Assembly: GCA_038087875.1 (NCBI GenBank)
Contig: CM075992.1
Coordinates: forward strand, 12,030,001-12,094,000
Direction of reading: 5' to 3'
Origin: Malacoraja senta
Taxonomy: Eukaryota
Length of the DNA stretch: 64,000 nucleotides
Shown here: in pieces, positions 10,681 to 24,306 of the stretch
How positions within the stretch are numbered: position 1 is the stretch's first letter
Layout: the number at the start of each line of letters is the position of its first letter
Program-made: the position numbers and the translations under genes
The notes under the pieces: model-generated
What the model saw: only the letters and a program-made list of their open reading frames with translations
What the model was told of the DNA's origin: nothing
Database searches by the model: none

Positions 10681-13224
10681 ACAAACCACTGGAAGTTAAT
10701 GTGCTGGTGCAGGGGGCAGTCAGGAAGGCAAACTATGTTACTTTGACCGCAAGATGATTTTGTTTTAAGGCAGAAGGGGTAAGCCAGATAAGTACAGGTG
10801 AGTGAACCTTGTGTCAGTGGTTGGGAACATATTGGAGGGAGTTCCGAGGGACAGAAAATATTTGGAAAGGCAGGAATGGTTAGGTTTGGTCAGCATGTAT
10901 TTGTGTGGGGAAATTGTGATGGGGTTTTTCGAGGAAGCAACAGAGATTGATGAAGGAGGACAGAAGATGTTGCCCATATGGACTTCAGCAAGACATTTGA
11001 CAAAGCCCCACATGGTGGGCTGATCCAGAAGATTAAGGTACATAGAATCCAGAAGACTTCAGTACATTGGTCGCAGGCAAGTGGGTCTATTGTAGCTGGG
11101 ACATTGTTGGCCGGTGTAGGGGAGTTGGGCCGAAGGGCCTGAATCCACACTGTATCACCCTATGACTCTGACTCTGTCTGGGGCATAAACTGGAGACACA
11201 TTGCGCTTGGTGAGAGGGTGCAGCGGGTAATGGTGAATGAGGTGTTTCTGACTGGGTGTGTATAAAGTGTTGCACCATAGGGATAGGTGCTGGGACCTTT
11301 GTTTGTAGTAAATAAATAGGCAGGGCCTAGATGGATACAGCACTAATGCAGGCAAATGGCATTCTTGTATTGTAGATGGATACATAGGTTGGTACAGACA
11401 TAAAACATTGAACAAAGAACAGTACATCACTGAAAGAGACCTTCATCCCACCATGTCTGCTCCGATCATGATGAAAACATAAAGATTCCCATCTGTCTGT
11501 GCATGGTCTGTATCCCACCATTCCCTATCTTCTCGTGTATTTGTTTCAATGCCCATTAAACATGCTATCACATCTGCTTCCACCACCTCCCCTGCACTAA
11601 GTACCAGGCACCCACCACATGCTGAATATAAAGGAGATCTTTTGTGGGAACAGGTGACCAAAACTGAACACAATACTCTAAATGTCTTGTACCAATGTCT
11701 TGTACCACTGCATTATTTTAATAAACATCTTCGCTATGTATTATATCACCCAGTTTAGTGTAATCTACAAACTTACTCATCATGCCTTCACAATTCTCTG
11801 GCATGTCACTAGTCACAGACCTCCATTCTGAATGAGAACCTTCCACCATCACCCTCTGCTTCCTGTCACAAAGCTAATTCTCTATCCAGTCAGTTGGCTC
11901 TCTCTGGATCACATATGATCTAATGATCCAGTGCAGCCTACTATACAGAACCTCATCAAATCTCTTGCTGAAGCCAATGTAGACAATGTCTGTGGCTTTG
12001 CCCTTCACAACCTCTTTGATTACTTCAACATGTAATTAGATTGGTAAGTCACACACTTCATGTACCTAACCATGCAGACTAGCCCTGATTAGCCCCTGTC
12101 TAATGCATATATATCCTATCCCTCAGAATACTCTCTTCCTTCGAGCCCTTCTTAAATAGAGACACACCCTTCAGCCTTGCGGCACCTCACCTGTGTGGTA
12201 AGGTGTTGGCACTCGAGGCCCTGAGCTGTAGGGAATGGTTGAGCAGGCTAGATCTTTATTCCGTGAAACTCAGTAGGTAGAGGGGTGATCTTGTGGAGGT
12301 GTATGACATCATGAGGGGAATAGGTAAGGTGAAAGCATATCTAGAGTTTATCTAGAGTATGAGAATCAAGAACCAGGCAACATTTGTTTAAGGTGAGAGG
12401 GGAAAGATAGGAACCTGAGGGGACTTTTCACAGAGAGGGTGGTGGTTACATACAACGGCCTGAAAGAGTGGATAGTTGAGACAGGTACTGTAATAAAATG
12501 TAAAAGACATTTGGACAGGTACATGGACAGGAGAGATGTACCAAACATGGACAGGTTGGACTAGTGCAGATGGGGCATCTGGGTTGGCATGGGGTAGTTG
12601 GGCCGAAGGGCCTGTTTCTTTGCTGTATGACCCTCTGACTCTAATATCAACGCACCCTCCTGAATCTCAACATCATCCATGCCCTTCCTCTTGGGGAATG
12701 CTAATGTTAAGTACACATTAAGGACCTTGTCCATTTCTCTGGCTTCAGGCATCAATTCCCACCTTTGTTCTGGAGTGGACCTACCGTTTACCAAGTAACC
12801 CTTTCTCCTTGCATACAAAATGCCTGGGAACTCTCCTCGACCTTATTTGCCAAACTACTTTTACTCCTCCTAATTTCTTGTTTAAGTATTTTCCTGATTT
12901 CTTCGTATTCCTCAGGAACCATGACTGATTTCTGTTTCCTTTGATGGTGGGCCAAAGGTCCCATTTCTGTGCTGCACTCTAAGACACATATACGTGGGTG
13001 CATCAGCCGGGTTTCCCTATCCAAGGAAGAGAACACCTCTGACGTACTGAATGAAATGAAGGTTCACCAGTTCGATGCCTGGAGCGAGACCAGCAGACTG
13101 GGCCTCTGCTATCCAGAGTTGAGAAGAGTTGAAATCCCATTAAAATATATTAAATTCCTATGGGGATAGAATAGATGCAAGGATAGTATTTTCCCTGGCA
13201 ATCGGGGATCATAATTTAGGAGTG

Positions 13225-13560
13225 GCTAATGGAACTGTTGCCTCAGTTCCAGAGACCTGGGTTTGATCCCGACTTTGGGTGGTGCCGATGTGGAGTTTGC
13301 ATGTTCCACCTAAATCCACACAAATCCCCTTGGGTGCTGCAGTCTCCATCAACATCCCAAACACGTGTAGGTTGATAGGTAGCTGTAAATTATCCCATGA
13401 ATGATAGCATACAACATGGAACAGTACAATACAGGAATGGGACTTGGGGATCTGGAGCAGTTGATGGAAATTTTGGGAAGAGAAAGAGGGATCAGTGTAG
13501 GATTGGGATAAAAGGGTGCTTGATGGTTGACCTCATGGGATGAAGGGCCTGTTCCCATGC
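13225..13560 (+). mobile_element. Degenerate HE1/V-SINE-type tRNA SINE
   Basis: ccagagacctgggtttgatcccgact B-box region and ggagtttgcatgttc V-domain-like motif. Confidence 0.6.
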
Positions 13561-13873
13561 TGCATGTGGAGAAGGGAAGAAATATCTTCACTTAGTGGGT
13601 GGAGAACCTTTGCAATCCTCTCCCCAAGTGGGTTTTGCAGGCTCAGTCGCTGAGTGTTTTCAGACAGAGATGGATATCAAGGATATGGGGAAAATAGGGT
13701 CAGTGCCAAAAAATGGTCCTGAGGTTGTAGGTTGGTCATGGTCCAACTGAATGTTAGAATAGGTGCAAGGGGTCGAATGGCCTCCTCCGGCAACCATGTT
13801 TATTCCTGTCACAGAAACTCAATGTGCTCTGAGTGCAATGTCTGCAAAATAAATGTACAGTTTTCGTACTTAC

Positions 13874-14094
13874 TACTTGTCTGTTCCATATCCCTGGGAA
13901 AACACGGCTGCTGAGATGCCAACAGTAATCAGGGGGCAACCGTAGCCAAACAAGTACATGTACGTTGGTCTCAGACTCTTTGCATTGAAGACTTGCACTA
14001 GCATGAGGTAAAGCTGCACACCTTCCAGGAGCATCCAGGAAAAACAGGCCAGGAAGAAATAATGCAGGAATCCAGCGATGAGGGCACAAAGAGT
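13874..14094 (-). CDS. ADGRE-like TM3-TM4 exon (221 bp, phase 0-2): TLCALIAGFLHYFFLACFSWMLLEGVQLYLMLVQVFNAKSLRPTYMYLFGYGCPLITVGISAAVFSQGYGTDK(Y)
   Basis: Acceptor catcacttccag, donor gtaagt splitting the Tyr codon; 7tm_2 signature F.WMLLEG..LY. Confidence 0.95.
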
Positions 14095-14149
14095 CTGGAA
14101 GTGATGCAAGAGAACAACAAGGGATTAATGAGCCTGAGCTGGGCTGCAC

Positions 14150-14296
14150 AGGGTGGTAAACTGGCTGGTTCACTGGGTTGATTTACTGGGCCTGTGCGCT
14201 GAGTCAGTATATTGGGTTGGTATACTGGGCCGGTATACTAGGTCATTACACTGGATCAGTGCACTGGGCCAGGACACTTGGTTGGTTGTACACTGC
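14150..14296. repeat. Degenerate 13-bp minisatellite (ACTGGGnCnGTAn)
   Basis: actgggttgattt actgggcctgtgc gctgagtcagtat attgggttggtat actgggccggtat actaggtcattac actggatcagtgc. Confidence 0.8.
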
Positions 14297-15353
14297 AGTT
14301 TCAATTAAGTTTATTGTCACGTGTACCGAGGTACAGTGAGAAGCTTTTGTTACATGCTAACCAGCCAGCGGAAAGACAATACATGATTACAATTGAATCT
14401 GTTCACTGTGAGCCATTCACAGTGTGTGGATAAATGATAAGGGATATAAGGGATAATGCATTGGTACGAAGATACATTTCACTGACCACTCAAGTTAGAC
14501 TAACTGCCTGTAGTTTCCTATCGTCTCCCTTGCTCCATTTCTAAAGTAGCATGGATTCTGTTTTGTCCCTCCAAAGTGGCAACTCCATTATGTTGAATTC
14601 TGGAGACAGCATCAATGCACTCACTATTTTCACTATGACTTCCGTTGGTCTGTTTCCGTGCTGGATGACGTTCTGTAAGGTTTGTCGTTTATATTGATCC
14701 ACGACTTCCTCATCACCAGACTGCAATCAGTCCAGATTGCAACAACACTTGCTCCTCGATGGCCATCAACACAGGGCACCTCAGGGCAGTGAGCTCAATC
14801 CCCTGGTCTACTCACTTATTTCTACTGTGAAATTCTTACATGGCAGCCATAACAGCTGTGTAAACACAGAACTCATAGGTAATACAATAAACAAAAGTTC
14901 AATAAATTACAAAAAAACAGTATTAGTGCAAAACAAAAACTGAAATTACGGTGCAATCAAGACAGTTCATAGTTTGTAGTTTAGTTGGAGTTTGTAGTGT
15001 TCAAATGCCTGGAGATTGTTGGGAAGAAGCTGTTCCTGAACAGCCTGAGGTCATAGTTTCAGACTCCCAAACCTTTTCCCAATGGGGGAAGTGAAATGAG
15101 GACGTGGCCAGGTGGTGTGGGTTCTTGATGATACTGGCTGCCTCTTTGAGGCAACGCCTCCTATAGATCACTTCAATGGTGGGGAGGTCAGTACCCATGA
15201 TGGACCAGGCTGTGTTCACCATTATTGTGTTCTCCTTCCTTCCTAGGTGTTCAAATTGCCAACCAGTCCATAACGCAACCAGTCAACTTCAGAAAGCTAG
15301 GGATCCATGAACCTGTCTTCATTAATGAGACAACAGAACAAAGAGTCAACAGC

Positions 15354-15568
15354 AGACACAAAATGCTGGAGCAACTCAGCGAGACACGCAACATCTCTGG
15401 AGAGAAGGATAGGTGACATTTCGGTTCAAGACCGTTCTTCAGACTGAAGTGTCTCGATCCGAAACTTAACTTATTCCTTCTCTCCAGAGATGCTGCCCGT
15501 CCCGCTGAGTTACTTCAGCATTTTATGTCGACCTTCGATTTAAACCAGCATCTGCAGTTCTTTCCTAC
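15354..15568. mobile_element. Palindromic Penelope-derived short element with 16-bp TSD
   Basis: TSD acaaagagtcaacagc at 15338-15353 and 15569-15584; the internal arms are inverted copies of the Penelope 3' end. Confidence 0.85.
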
Positions 15569-15844
15569 ACAAAGAGTCAACAGCTTCAGGTACCTGGACG
15601 TGTGTATCTGTGAAGGCCTGTCCTGGGCCCAGTGTATTGATGCATCACAAAGAAAACTCATCATTGTCTTTACTTCCTCAGTAGATTGGAAGAGATTCCC
15701 TATGTTGAATACTTTTTTAATTCACTTCTATGGCAGAGAGCACTCTAACATGGAGTTATAGTCATACAACATGGAAACGGGGCCTTCGGCCCAATAGCAT
15801 ATTCCAACCAACTTGCTTCATCTGCACTACTCCCATGAACCAGA

Positions 15845-16625
15845 GATAATAGACAATAGACAATAGGTGCAGGGAGTAGGCCATTCGGCCCTTTGAGCCA
15901 GCACCACCATTCAGTGTGATCGTGGCTGATCATCCCCAATCAGTACCCCATTCATGCCTTCTCCCCATATCCTCAGACTCCGCTATATTCAAGGGCCCTA
16001 TCTAGCTGTCCCTTGAAAGTATCCAGAGAACTGGCCTCCACCGCACTCTGAGGCAGAGAATTCAACAGACTCACAATTCTCTATGTGAAAAGTGTTTCCT
16101 TATCTCCATTCTAAATGTCTTACCCCTTATTCTTAAACTGTGGCCCCTGGTTCTGGACTCCCCCAACATCGGGAACATGTTTCCTGCCTCTAACGTGTCC
16201 AATCCCTGAATAATCTTATATGTTTCAATAAGATCTCATCCTTCTAAATTCCAGAGTATACAAGCCCAGATGCTCCATTCTATCAACATATGACAGTCCC
16301 GCCATCCTGGGAATTAACGTGGTGAACCTACGCTGCACTCCCTCATTAGCAAGAATGTCCTTCCTCAAATTTGGAGACCAAATTGCACACAATACACCAG
16401 GCGTGGTCTCACTAGGGCCCTGTACCACTGCAGAAGGACCTCTTTACTCCTATACTCAACTCCTCTTGTTATGAAGGCCAACATACCATTCGCTTTTTTC
16501 ACTGCCTGCTGTACCTGCATGGTTACTTTCAGTGACTGATGAACAAGGACCCCCAGATCCCGTTGTATTATCCATTTTCCGGAACTTGACACCATTTAGA
16601 TAATAATCTGCCTTCCTGTTTTTGC
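15845..16625 (-). mobile_element. CR1 3' fragment (duplicated at about 32990-33780)
   Basis: ORFs 16225..16428 and 16365..16595 (QRDLGVLVH..VKKANGML). Confidence 0.9.
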
Positions 16626-17099
16626 CACTTCACCCTCCTCTAAATCTTTCCCTTCTATGGCATATAAATGTAGTTATGTTTCCTGCCTCAACTCTGTAGT
16701 TATGTTTCCTGTCTCAACCTACTTTGGCAGCTTGTTCCATATACCCGCCATCCTTTGTGTGGAAAAAATTGCCCTCAGGTTCCTATTAAATGTTTCCCTT
16801 CTCACCTTAAACCTATGTCATCTGGTTCTTGATTCCCCTATTCTAGATAAAAACTATGTGTTCATCCTAATTAAACTCCTTGGCCCACTTACCCAGCTGA
16901 TTATTGACAACCTTATTTACTATATGATACCACCTATTTTAATGGCATCTTCAAACTTACTAATCATGCCTTGTTTTCATTACTAATCATCTCATTACAA
17001 ATTGTTAATATAAACTACAAACAGAATGGGCCCAGCATCGATCCGTGAGGCAACACACTCCCTGCTCACATCCATGAAACCAATTCTATATCCAGTTAG

Positions 17100-17318
17100 A
17101 CTCAAAAGGCTGGAGTAACTTAGCGGGTCAAACAGCATCTCTGGAGAAAAGGAATAGGTGACGTTTCGGGTCGAGTCTGAAAAAGGGTCTCGACCCGAAA
17201 CGTCACCCGAAACGTCACCTATTCCTTTTCTCCAGAAATGCTGTCTGACCCGCTGAGTTACTCCAGCTTTTTGTGTCTATCTTTGGTTTAAACCAGCATC
17301 TGCAGTTCCTTCTTACAC
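17100..17318. mobile_element. Palindromic Penelope-derived short element with 17-bp TSD
   Basis: TSD attctatatccagttag at 17083-17099 and 17319-17335; arms about 17101-17175 and 17188-17275. Confidence 0.9.
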
Positions 17319-18799
17319 ATTCTATATCCAGTTAGCTGGCTCTCCCTGGATCCCACGTTATCGAACCTTCCAATGAAGCCTACGATGGAGAACCTTACAC
17401 TGGGCCCCTGCTAAAGTCCATAGAGACTATTGATACAACTCTGCCCTCAACCTTGGTTATTTCATTTAAAAAATCAATCAAAAACAACCCCCACCTTTCC
17501 AAATGCATCTTATCTAAAGCGACTTTGAGTCCTGAAAAGTGTTATATAAATAAAATGTATTATTATTATTATTATTATCCCTCAAAACCCTCTCCTGTAT
17601 CTTACCTACCACAGACGTTATCTTCATTGCTCTATAGTTCCAAGGTTTTTCTTTGCAGCCCTTTTTAAATAGTGGCACAACATTAGCCACCTTCAAGGTT
17701 TCTGGCACCTCACCCTTGTCTAATGATGATTTATATATCTTAGCCAGGGCTCATGCAATTTAATCTTCAGCATCCCACTGTATCCTTGTATATATCTGAT
17801 TAGGACCAGGAGATTTATCTACCTTCATACGTCATAGGATGTTTAGCCCTTCCTTGACTGTAATGCAAACTGTCCATTAAGTTTCAAAGCTCCCAAGTGT
17901 TCATAAAACACAGATCAGTGCAGCACAAGGACAGGCCCTTCGTTACACAATGTCTGTGCTGAACATGATGCCAAGACTATCCCTTATCTATCTGTGAATA
18001 ATCCATATCCCTCCATTCCCTGCATATCCATATCTCTAGTCAAAAGCCTCATGAATGCCATTATTGTATCTGCCTCAACCACCATCCCTGGCAGTGCAAT
18101 CCAGGCACTAACCACCCTCTGTGTAAAACAAAAGTTGCCCAGTGGATCTGCTTTAAATTTTGCCCTTTCACCTTAAAGCTATGCTCTCTAGTATTTGATT
18201 TCTTTCATCCTGGGACAAAGGTTCTGACTGCCTGCCCTATCTATGCCTCTCATCATTTTATGTACATCCATCAGGTTTTCCTGCAGCCTCGGCATCCAGA
18301 GAAAACAATCCAAGTCTGTCCAACATCTCCATGTAGCTAATACCCCCTAATCCTGGCAACAATCTGGTAAACTTCCTCTGCCCCCTTTCCAAAGCCTCCA
18401 CATCCTTCGTGCAATAGGGCGACTAGAAATGCACACAATATTCCAAATGTGGCCTCACCAAAGTCCTATGACGCTGTACCATGATTTCCTGAGTCTTGTA
18501 CCCAATGCCCTGACCTAGGAGGAGGTGACAAACGTGGTCGATAAGGGTAGAGTGGTGGATGTTGTCAACATGGATTTTAGTAAGGTGAACTTGCACTTGG
18601 GCATTGTCTTCAGTTTAGGAAAGATTTCATTAAGCTGACGCAAGATAGCAAAGTGGGTTTATGAGGATGTTGTTGGGACCCAAGTTCTAGAGCTACAGAG
18701 AGAGTTGGGCAGGCTAGGACCTTAATCCTTGGAGCACAGGAGGCTGACGGATGATCTTACAGAGATGTATAAAGTCATGGGGAGTAGATAGAGTGAATG

Positions 18800-19085
18800 T
18801 TTAGTTGAGTTTAGAGAAACAGCATGGAAACAGGCCCTTCAGCTCACCGAGTCCACATCGACCATCGATCATCCCTACGCTAGTCCTATGTTATCCTACA
18901 CACTAGGTGGAATTTACAGAAGCCATTCACGAACGTCTTTGGAATGTGGTTGGAAACCGGAGCACCAACGTGGTCACAGGGAGAGCGTACAAACTCCACA
19001 GAGACAGCACTCGTAGTCAGGATTGAACCTGGGTTTCCGGCGCTGTGAGGCTACAGCTCTAACGCTGCGTCACTGTGCTGCCCCT
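18800..19085 (-). mobile_element. HE1/V-SINE-type SINE
   Basis: tRNA-like head gcagcacagtgacgcagcgttagagctg and V domain on the minus strand. Confidence 0.75.
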
Positions 19086-19340
19086 GCTCAGTGTTTTTCC
19101 CATCAGGCATTTAACAACTAGAGAGCTTAGGTTTAAGGAGGGATGTGAAAGAGTTAATAGGAAACTGAGGGACAATGCTTTCACACAGAGGGTGCTGGAT
19201 ATATGGAACAAACTGCCAGAGGAAGTGGCGAGGCAGCATTTATGAAGCTCAATGTCCTTTCATAAACTGTGCTGGGTTGGAGCAGGCGCGAGGACAACTT
19301 TCTCTCACTGGCCTTTGTTTTACAGCTGAGTTCATTTGTG

Positions 19341-22300
19341 GATGAGCTTGAGGCTCAGTTAGAGGTTGGTAGATATGATATTGTGGGGATTACTGAGACG
19401 TGGCTGCAGGAGGATCGGGCCTGGAACTTAATATTCAGGGATATACATCCTATAGAAAGGACAGGCAGGTGGGCAGAGTAGGGGAGGGGGGTAGCTCGGC
19501 TGGTGAGGGATGTAATTCAGTCCCTTGCGAGAGAAGACATAGGGACTGACGAGGTAGAGTCACTGTGGATTGAGTTGAGGAATTGTAAAGGAGAAGACAC
19601 TAATTGGTGTTATCCACAGACCCCCAAATAGTATCCCGGACATAGGGTGTAAGTTGCAGCAGGAGTTAAAACTGGCTTGTAACAAAGGTAATGTCACTGT
19701 GGTGATGGGGGATTTCAATATGCAGGTAGACCGGGAAAATCAGGTTGGATCAGGACCCCAAGAAAGAGAGTTTGTAAGCTGCAATTTGAGAAGGAGAACG
19801 TTAAATCGGAAGTGTCAGTGATGCAGGTGAACAAAGGGGACTATGAAGGCAGGAGACGGGAGCTGGCCAAGGTAGACTGGAAAGGGATCCTAGCAGGAAT
19901 GATGGTGGAACAGCAATGGCAGGAATTTCTGGGCATAATCCGGAAGACGCAGGATCATTTCATTTCAAAAAGGAAGAAAGAATCTAAGGGGAGTAGGAGG
20001 CAACTGTGGCTGACAAGATAAGTTAGGGATGGAATAAAACTAAAAGAAAAGATGTATAACACAGCAAAGAGTAGCCGGAAGCCAGAGGATTGGGAAACTC
20101 ATAGGACAACAGAAGGAAACAAAACGGGTAATACGGGCTGAAAAGATGAAGTACGAGGGGAAGCTGACCAGGAATATAAAGAAGGACAGTAAAAGCTTCT
20201 TTAGATATGTAAGGGAAAAAGAGTAGCAATCTCAAATGTGGTTACCTTGAAGGCAGACACGGGTGAAATTATTATGGGCAACAAGGAAATGGCAGAAGAG
20301 TTGAATAGGGACTTCGGATCTGTCTTCACTAAGAAAGACACAAACAATCTCCCAGATGTACTGGAGGACAGAGGATCTAAGGGGGTAGGGGAATTGTAAG
20401 AATTTTTTATTAGGCGAGAAATAGCATTGGGTAGGCTAATTGGGTAGGACTGGAGGATGATAAATCCCCTGGACCTGATGGTCTGCATCCCAGGGTCCTC
20501 ATGGAGGTGGCTCTAGAAATAGTGGACGCATTGGAGATCATTTTCCAAGGTTCAATAGATTCAGGATCAGTTCCTGTGGATTGGAGGGTAGCTAATGTTA
20601 TCCCACTTTTCAAGACAGGAGCGAGAGAGAAAACGGGGAATTACAGACCAGTTATCCTGACTTCGGTGGTGGGAAAGATGCTGGAGTCAATTATTAAAGA
20701 GGTAATAATGGGGCATTTGGATAGCAGTAAAAGGATTAGTCCAAGTCAACATGGATTTATGAAAGGGAAATCATGCTTGAGTAATCTTCTGGAATTGTAT
20801 GAGGATGTGACAAGTAAAATGGATGAAGGGGTGCCAGTGGATGTAGTGTATCTAAACATTCAGAAAGCCTTTGATAAGGTCCCGCACGGGAGACTGGTGA
20901 CTAAAATTAGAGCACATGGTATTGGAGGTAGGGTGTTGACATGGATAGAAAATTGGTTGGCAGACCGGAAGCAAAGAGTAGGAGTGAACGGGTCCTTTTC
21001 AGAATGGCAGGCAGTGGCGAGTGAAGTGCCGCAAGGCTCGGTGTTAGGGCTGCAACTGTTTACCATATATATTAATGATTTGGAAGAGGGAATTAGGAGC
21101 AACACTAGCAAGTTTGCGTATGACACAAAGCTGGGTGGCAGTGTGAACTGTGAAGAGGATGTTTGGAGGTTGCAGGGTGACCTGGACAGGTTGAGTGAGT
21201 GGGCAGATGCGTGGCAGATGCAGTATAATATAGATAAATGTGAGGTTATCCACTTTGGCGGCAAAAACAAGGGGGCAGATTATTATCTCAATGAGGTTAG
21301 GTTAGGTAAGGGGGAGTTGCAGCGAGACCTGGGCGTCCTTGTACACCGGTCACTGAAAGTTGGCTTACAGGTACAGCAGGCAGTGAAGAAAGCTAATGGA
21401 ATGTTGGCCTTCATAACAAGAGGATTTCAGTATAGGAGTAACGAGGTTCTTCTGCAGTTGTATAGGGCTCTGGTGAGACCATATCTGTGGTATTGTGTAC
21501 AGTTTTGGTCTCCTAATTTGAGGAAGGACATCCTTGAGATTGAAGCAGTGCAGCGTAGGTTCACCAGATTGATCCCTGGGATGGCGGGACTGTCATATGA
21601 GGAAAGATTGAAAAGACTAGGCTTGTATTCTCTGGAGTTTAGAAGGATGAGGGGGCAACTTATAGAAACATATAAAATAATTATTGGTTTTTTAATTAAT
21701 ATTTTTATTAGAATCAGTGTACAGTAGTATAAACCACAGCATATGACAAAATAAATTTATTGTACATCTTCCATTTTAAATTTAACAAAGAAGAAATAGA
21801 AAAAGAGAGAAAGACCAAGAAAGAGAGAAAGTGAAAGAAATAGTGAATGTGTGAACTGTGAAGAGGATGTAAATTACCAAATAGTGTAGTCAAGGAGTGA
21901 CTAAGTAAAAACCTAAAAAAGAATAAGAAGACAAAAAAATAAAATTATATTAATATCTGAAAAAAAGGGACCATAACGTGTTGCTATACCTGCTTCATTT
22001 CTCACCACACCCATCACCCTGTCCGTGAATCGGTTTAATTCTAAAGTTGTGTTGCACCATACTATACTTGTAATGAATCAATGAAAGACCATATCTTTGA
22101 AAATCGCTCTGATTTTCCTGCTAAGACGAGTCTCATATCTTCAAGATGTAGCGTCTCAGACATGCTTGTAATCCACATTTTAAGAGTTGGGATAGAAGCA
22201 TTTTTCCAAAATTTAAGTATACATGTTTTTGCCATTATCAGGCCATAATTGAGGAAACTTTGAAATATTGATAGCTCAGAGCAGACTCCTGTTATTCCAA

Positions 22301-23204
22301 AAATAATCAATTATGTATGGGGGTTTTGTTTTGTTTTTAATAATTTTGAGAAGATTTCAAAGATTCCTTTCCAAAATTTATGAAGTTTTATGCAAGGGGC
22401 AAAGGGGTGTGTTATAGTTGCTTCTTGAGATAGACATTTGTCGCAGATAGGAGATACATTTGGAAAAATGTTGTTCAGTTTAGTTTTTGATTAGTATAGT
22501 CTGTGTAGTATTTTAAATTGTATTAGAATATGTCTTACATTAATCAAACAATTATGTGTATATAGAAGATATTTTTCCCATCTGTCTTTTGGGATTTTTA
22601 GGCTTAATTCCTGTTCCCACTCTCTTCTAATTACATCTGACGATGGAATTTCTATATTTTGAAGGATATTGCACACGAATGATATTAAATTATTTGACTG
22701 CGTTTCTATTCATACCTTCATCTAATATATCTGACAACAGAGTTTGGTATTCGTGGGTATATGCTTTCAAATAATCTCGAATTTGAAGATATCTAAAATA
22801 TTGATTACCTTTCAGACTGTGTTTCGACATATAAAATTATAAAAGGACTGGACAAGCTAGATGCAGGAAAAATGTTCCCAATGTTGCGCGAGTCCAGAAC
22901 CAGGGGCCTCAGTCTTAGAATAAAGGGGAGGTCATTTAAAACTGAGGTGAGAAAAAAACTTTTTCACCCAGAGAGTTGTGAAATTATGGAATTCCCTGCA
23001 ACAGAGGGCAGTGGAAGCCAAGTCACTGGATGGATTTAAGAGAGAGTTAGATAGAGCTCTAGGGGCTAGTGGAGTCAAGGGATATGGGGAGAAGTCAGGC
23101 ACAGGTTATTGATAGAGGATGATCAGCCATGATCACAATGAATGGCGGTGCTGGCTCGAAGGGCTGAAAGGCCTCCTCCTGCACCTATTTTCTATGTTTC
23201 TATG
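19341..23204 (+). mobile_element. CR1 LINE, near-complete decayed ORF2 (APE + RT), interrupted by an L1
   Basis: YDIVGITETWL APE motif; ORF 20501..21727 RT; tttgtg on both flanks (19335-19340, 23205-23210); empty site present in the duplicate near 33880. Confidence 0.95.
21685..22826 (-). mobile_element. L1-clade LINE 3' fragment nested in the CR1
   Basis: IRREWEQEL...HILIQFKILHRLY and C-terminal Cys region; acatataaaat duplicated at 21668-21678 and 22827-22837. Confidence 0.9.
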
Positions 23205-24306
23205 TTTGTGCGCACATGTGGTTTTCACCAGTTCTACTCTGACAGCTCTATATCTATGGTCTATTTGAGAGACGGAGAAAGTGATGCTATCCTGGGTGGA
23301 CCAAACCATACACTAAATAAAACTTGCTACTTGCTGTATAATCTTACAGATCGCTTTGAGAATGCAGAAAAAAGGTAATAACAAAATGTACTGAACCAGA
23401 TCCTTTTATGATTCAGCATGTTGCAGAAGGACAACACATATCTTCATATATGTAGTACAGCTGATGTATAGAAACATCTCTGAATCACTCACAGTAGAAT
23501 GAAAGAAGTTCAACAATGTTTCTCACAGATCTTGGGACAGTTCAAGTCATGGAGTCGTAGAGTCGTACAGCACGGAAACTGGCCCTTCAGCCCAACTTGC
23601 CCATGACGACCCAGATGCCCTATCTGCACTTGTCTCACTTGCTCACGTTTGGTCCATATCCCTCGAAACCTTTCCTACCCAGGTATCTGTCTAAATTGTG
23701 TTCAAATGTTGTTACAGTATCTGCCTCAACTACCCCTCTGGCAGTCTGCTCCATATATCTATCTACCTCTAATTGCCTTCCAGATTTCTATTAAATGCCC
23801 TCTAATCTGAAAATGATGTCCTCTGCTTTTTGTTTCCACTACTCTGGGGAAAAGACTCTATGCATTCACCTCTATTTCCCCCATGATCTTATTCACCGCC
23901 ATAAGATCACCCCTCAGCCTCCTGCATTCCAAGGAATAAAATCAGAGCCAGCCGAACTTCCCTCCATAGCTCAGGCCTCCAAGTCCTGGCATCATCCTTG
24001 TAAATCCTCTCTGCACTCTTTCCACCTTAACGACATCGATCCTATGGCGACAAAAACTGAACACAACTCTCCAAATGTGGCCACACCAACATCTTGTACA
24101 ATTGTAATATAGACACTGTCCTTTACTGCCAATTTCTCTCTAAATCAGCTCCCAAGAGAGATTGTCCATCCTAGGACATCCGAGATGTCCTCTTTCTGTA
24201 GTAAATGTGGATTCCCCCTGCTGTCATAGACAGATCCCTCACCTGTGCCTCCTCAGTGTCCCGTAGTTTTGCTCTTGCCTTCCCTTCACCCCAGACTGAA
24301 CAAGAA

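Noticed and set aside
14150..14296. CRISPR-like or other spaced repeat array
   Set aside because: Contiguous degenerate tandem units without unique spacers, in a vertebrate context with no cas genes.
20501..21727. 408-aa RT ORF as an active or domesticated gene
   Set aside because: CR1 fragment with the catalytic motif altered (FAYD for FADD), upstream stops and an L1 interruption.
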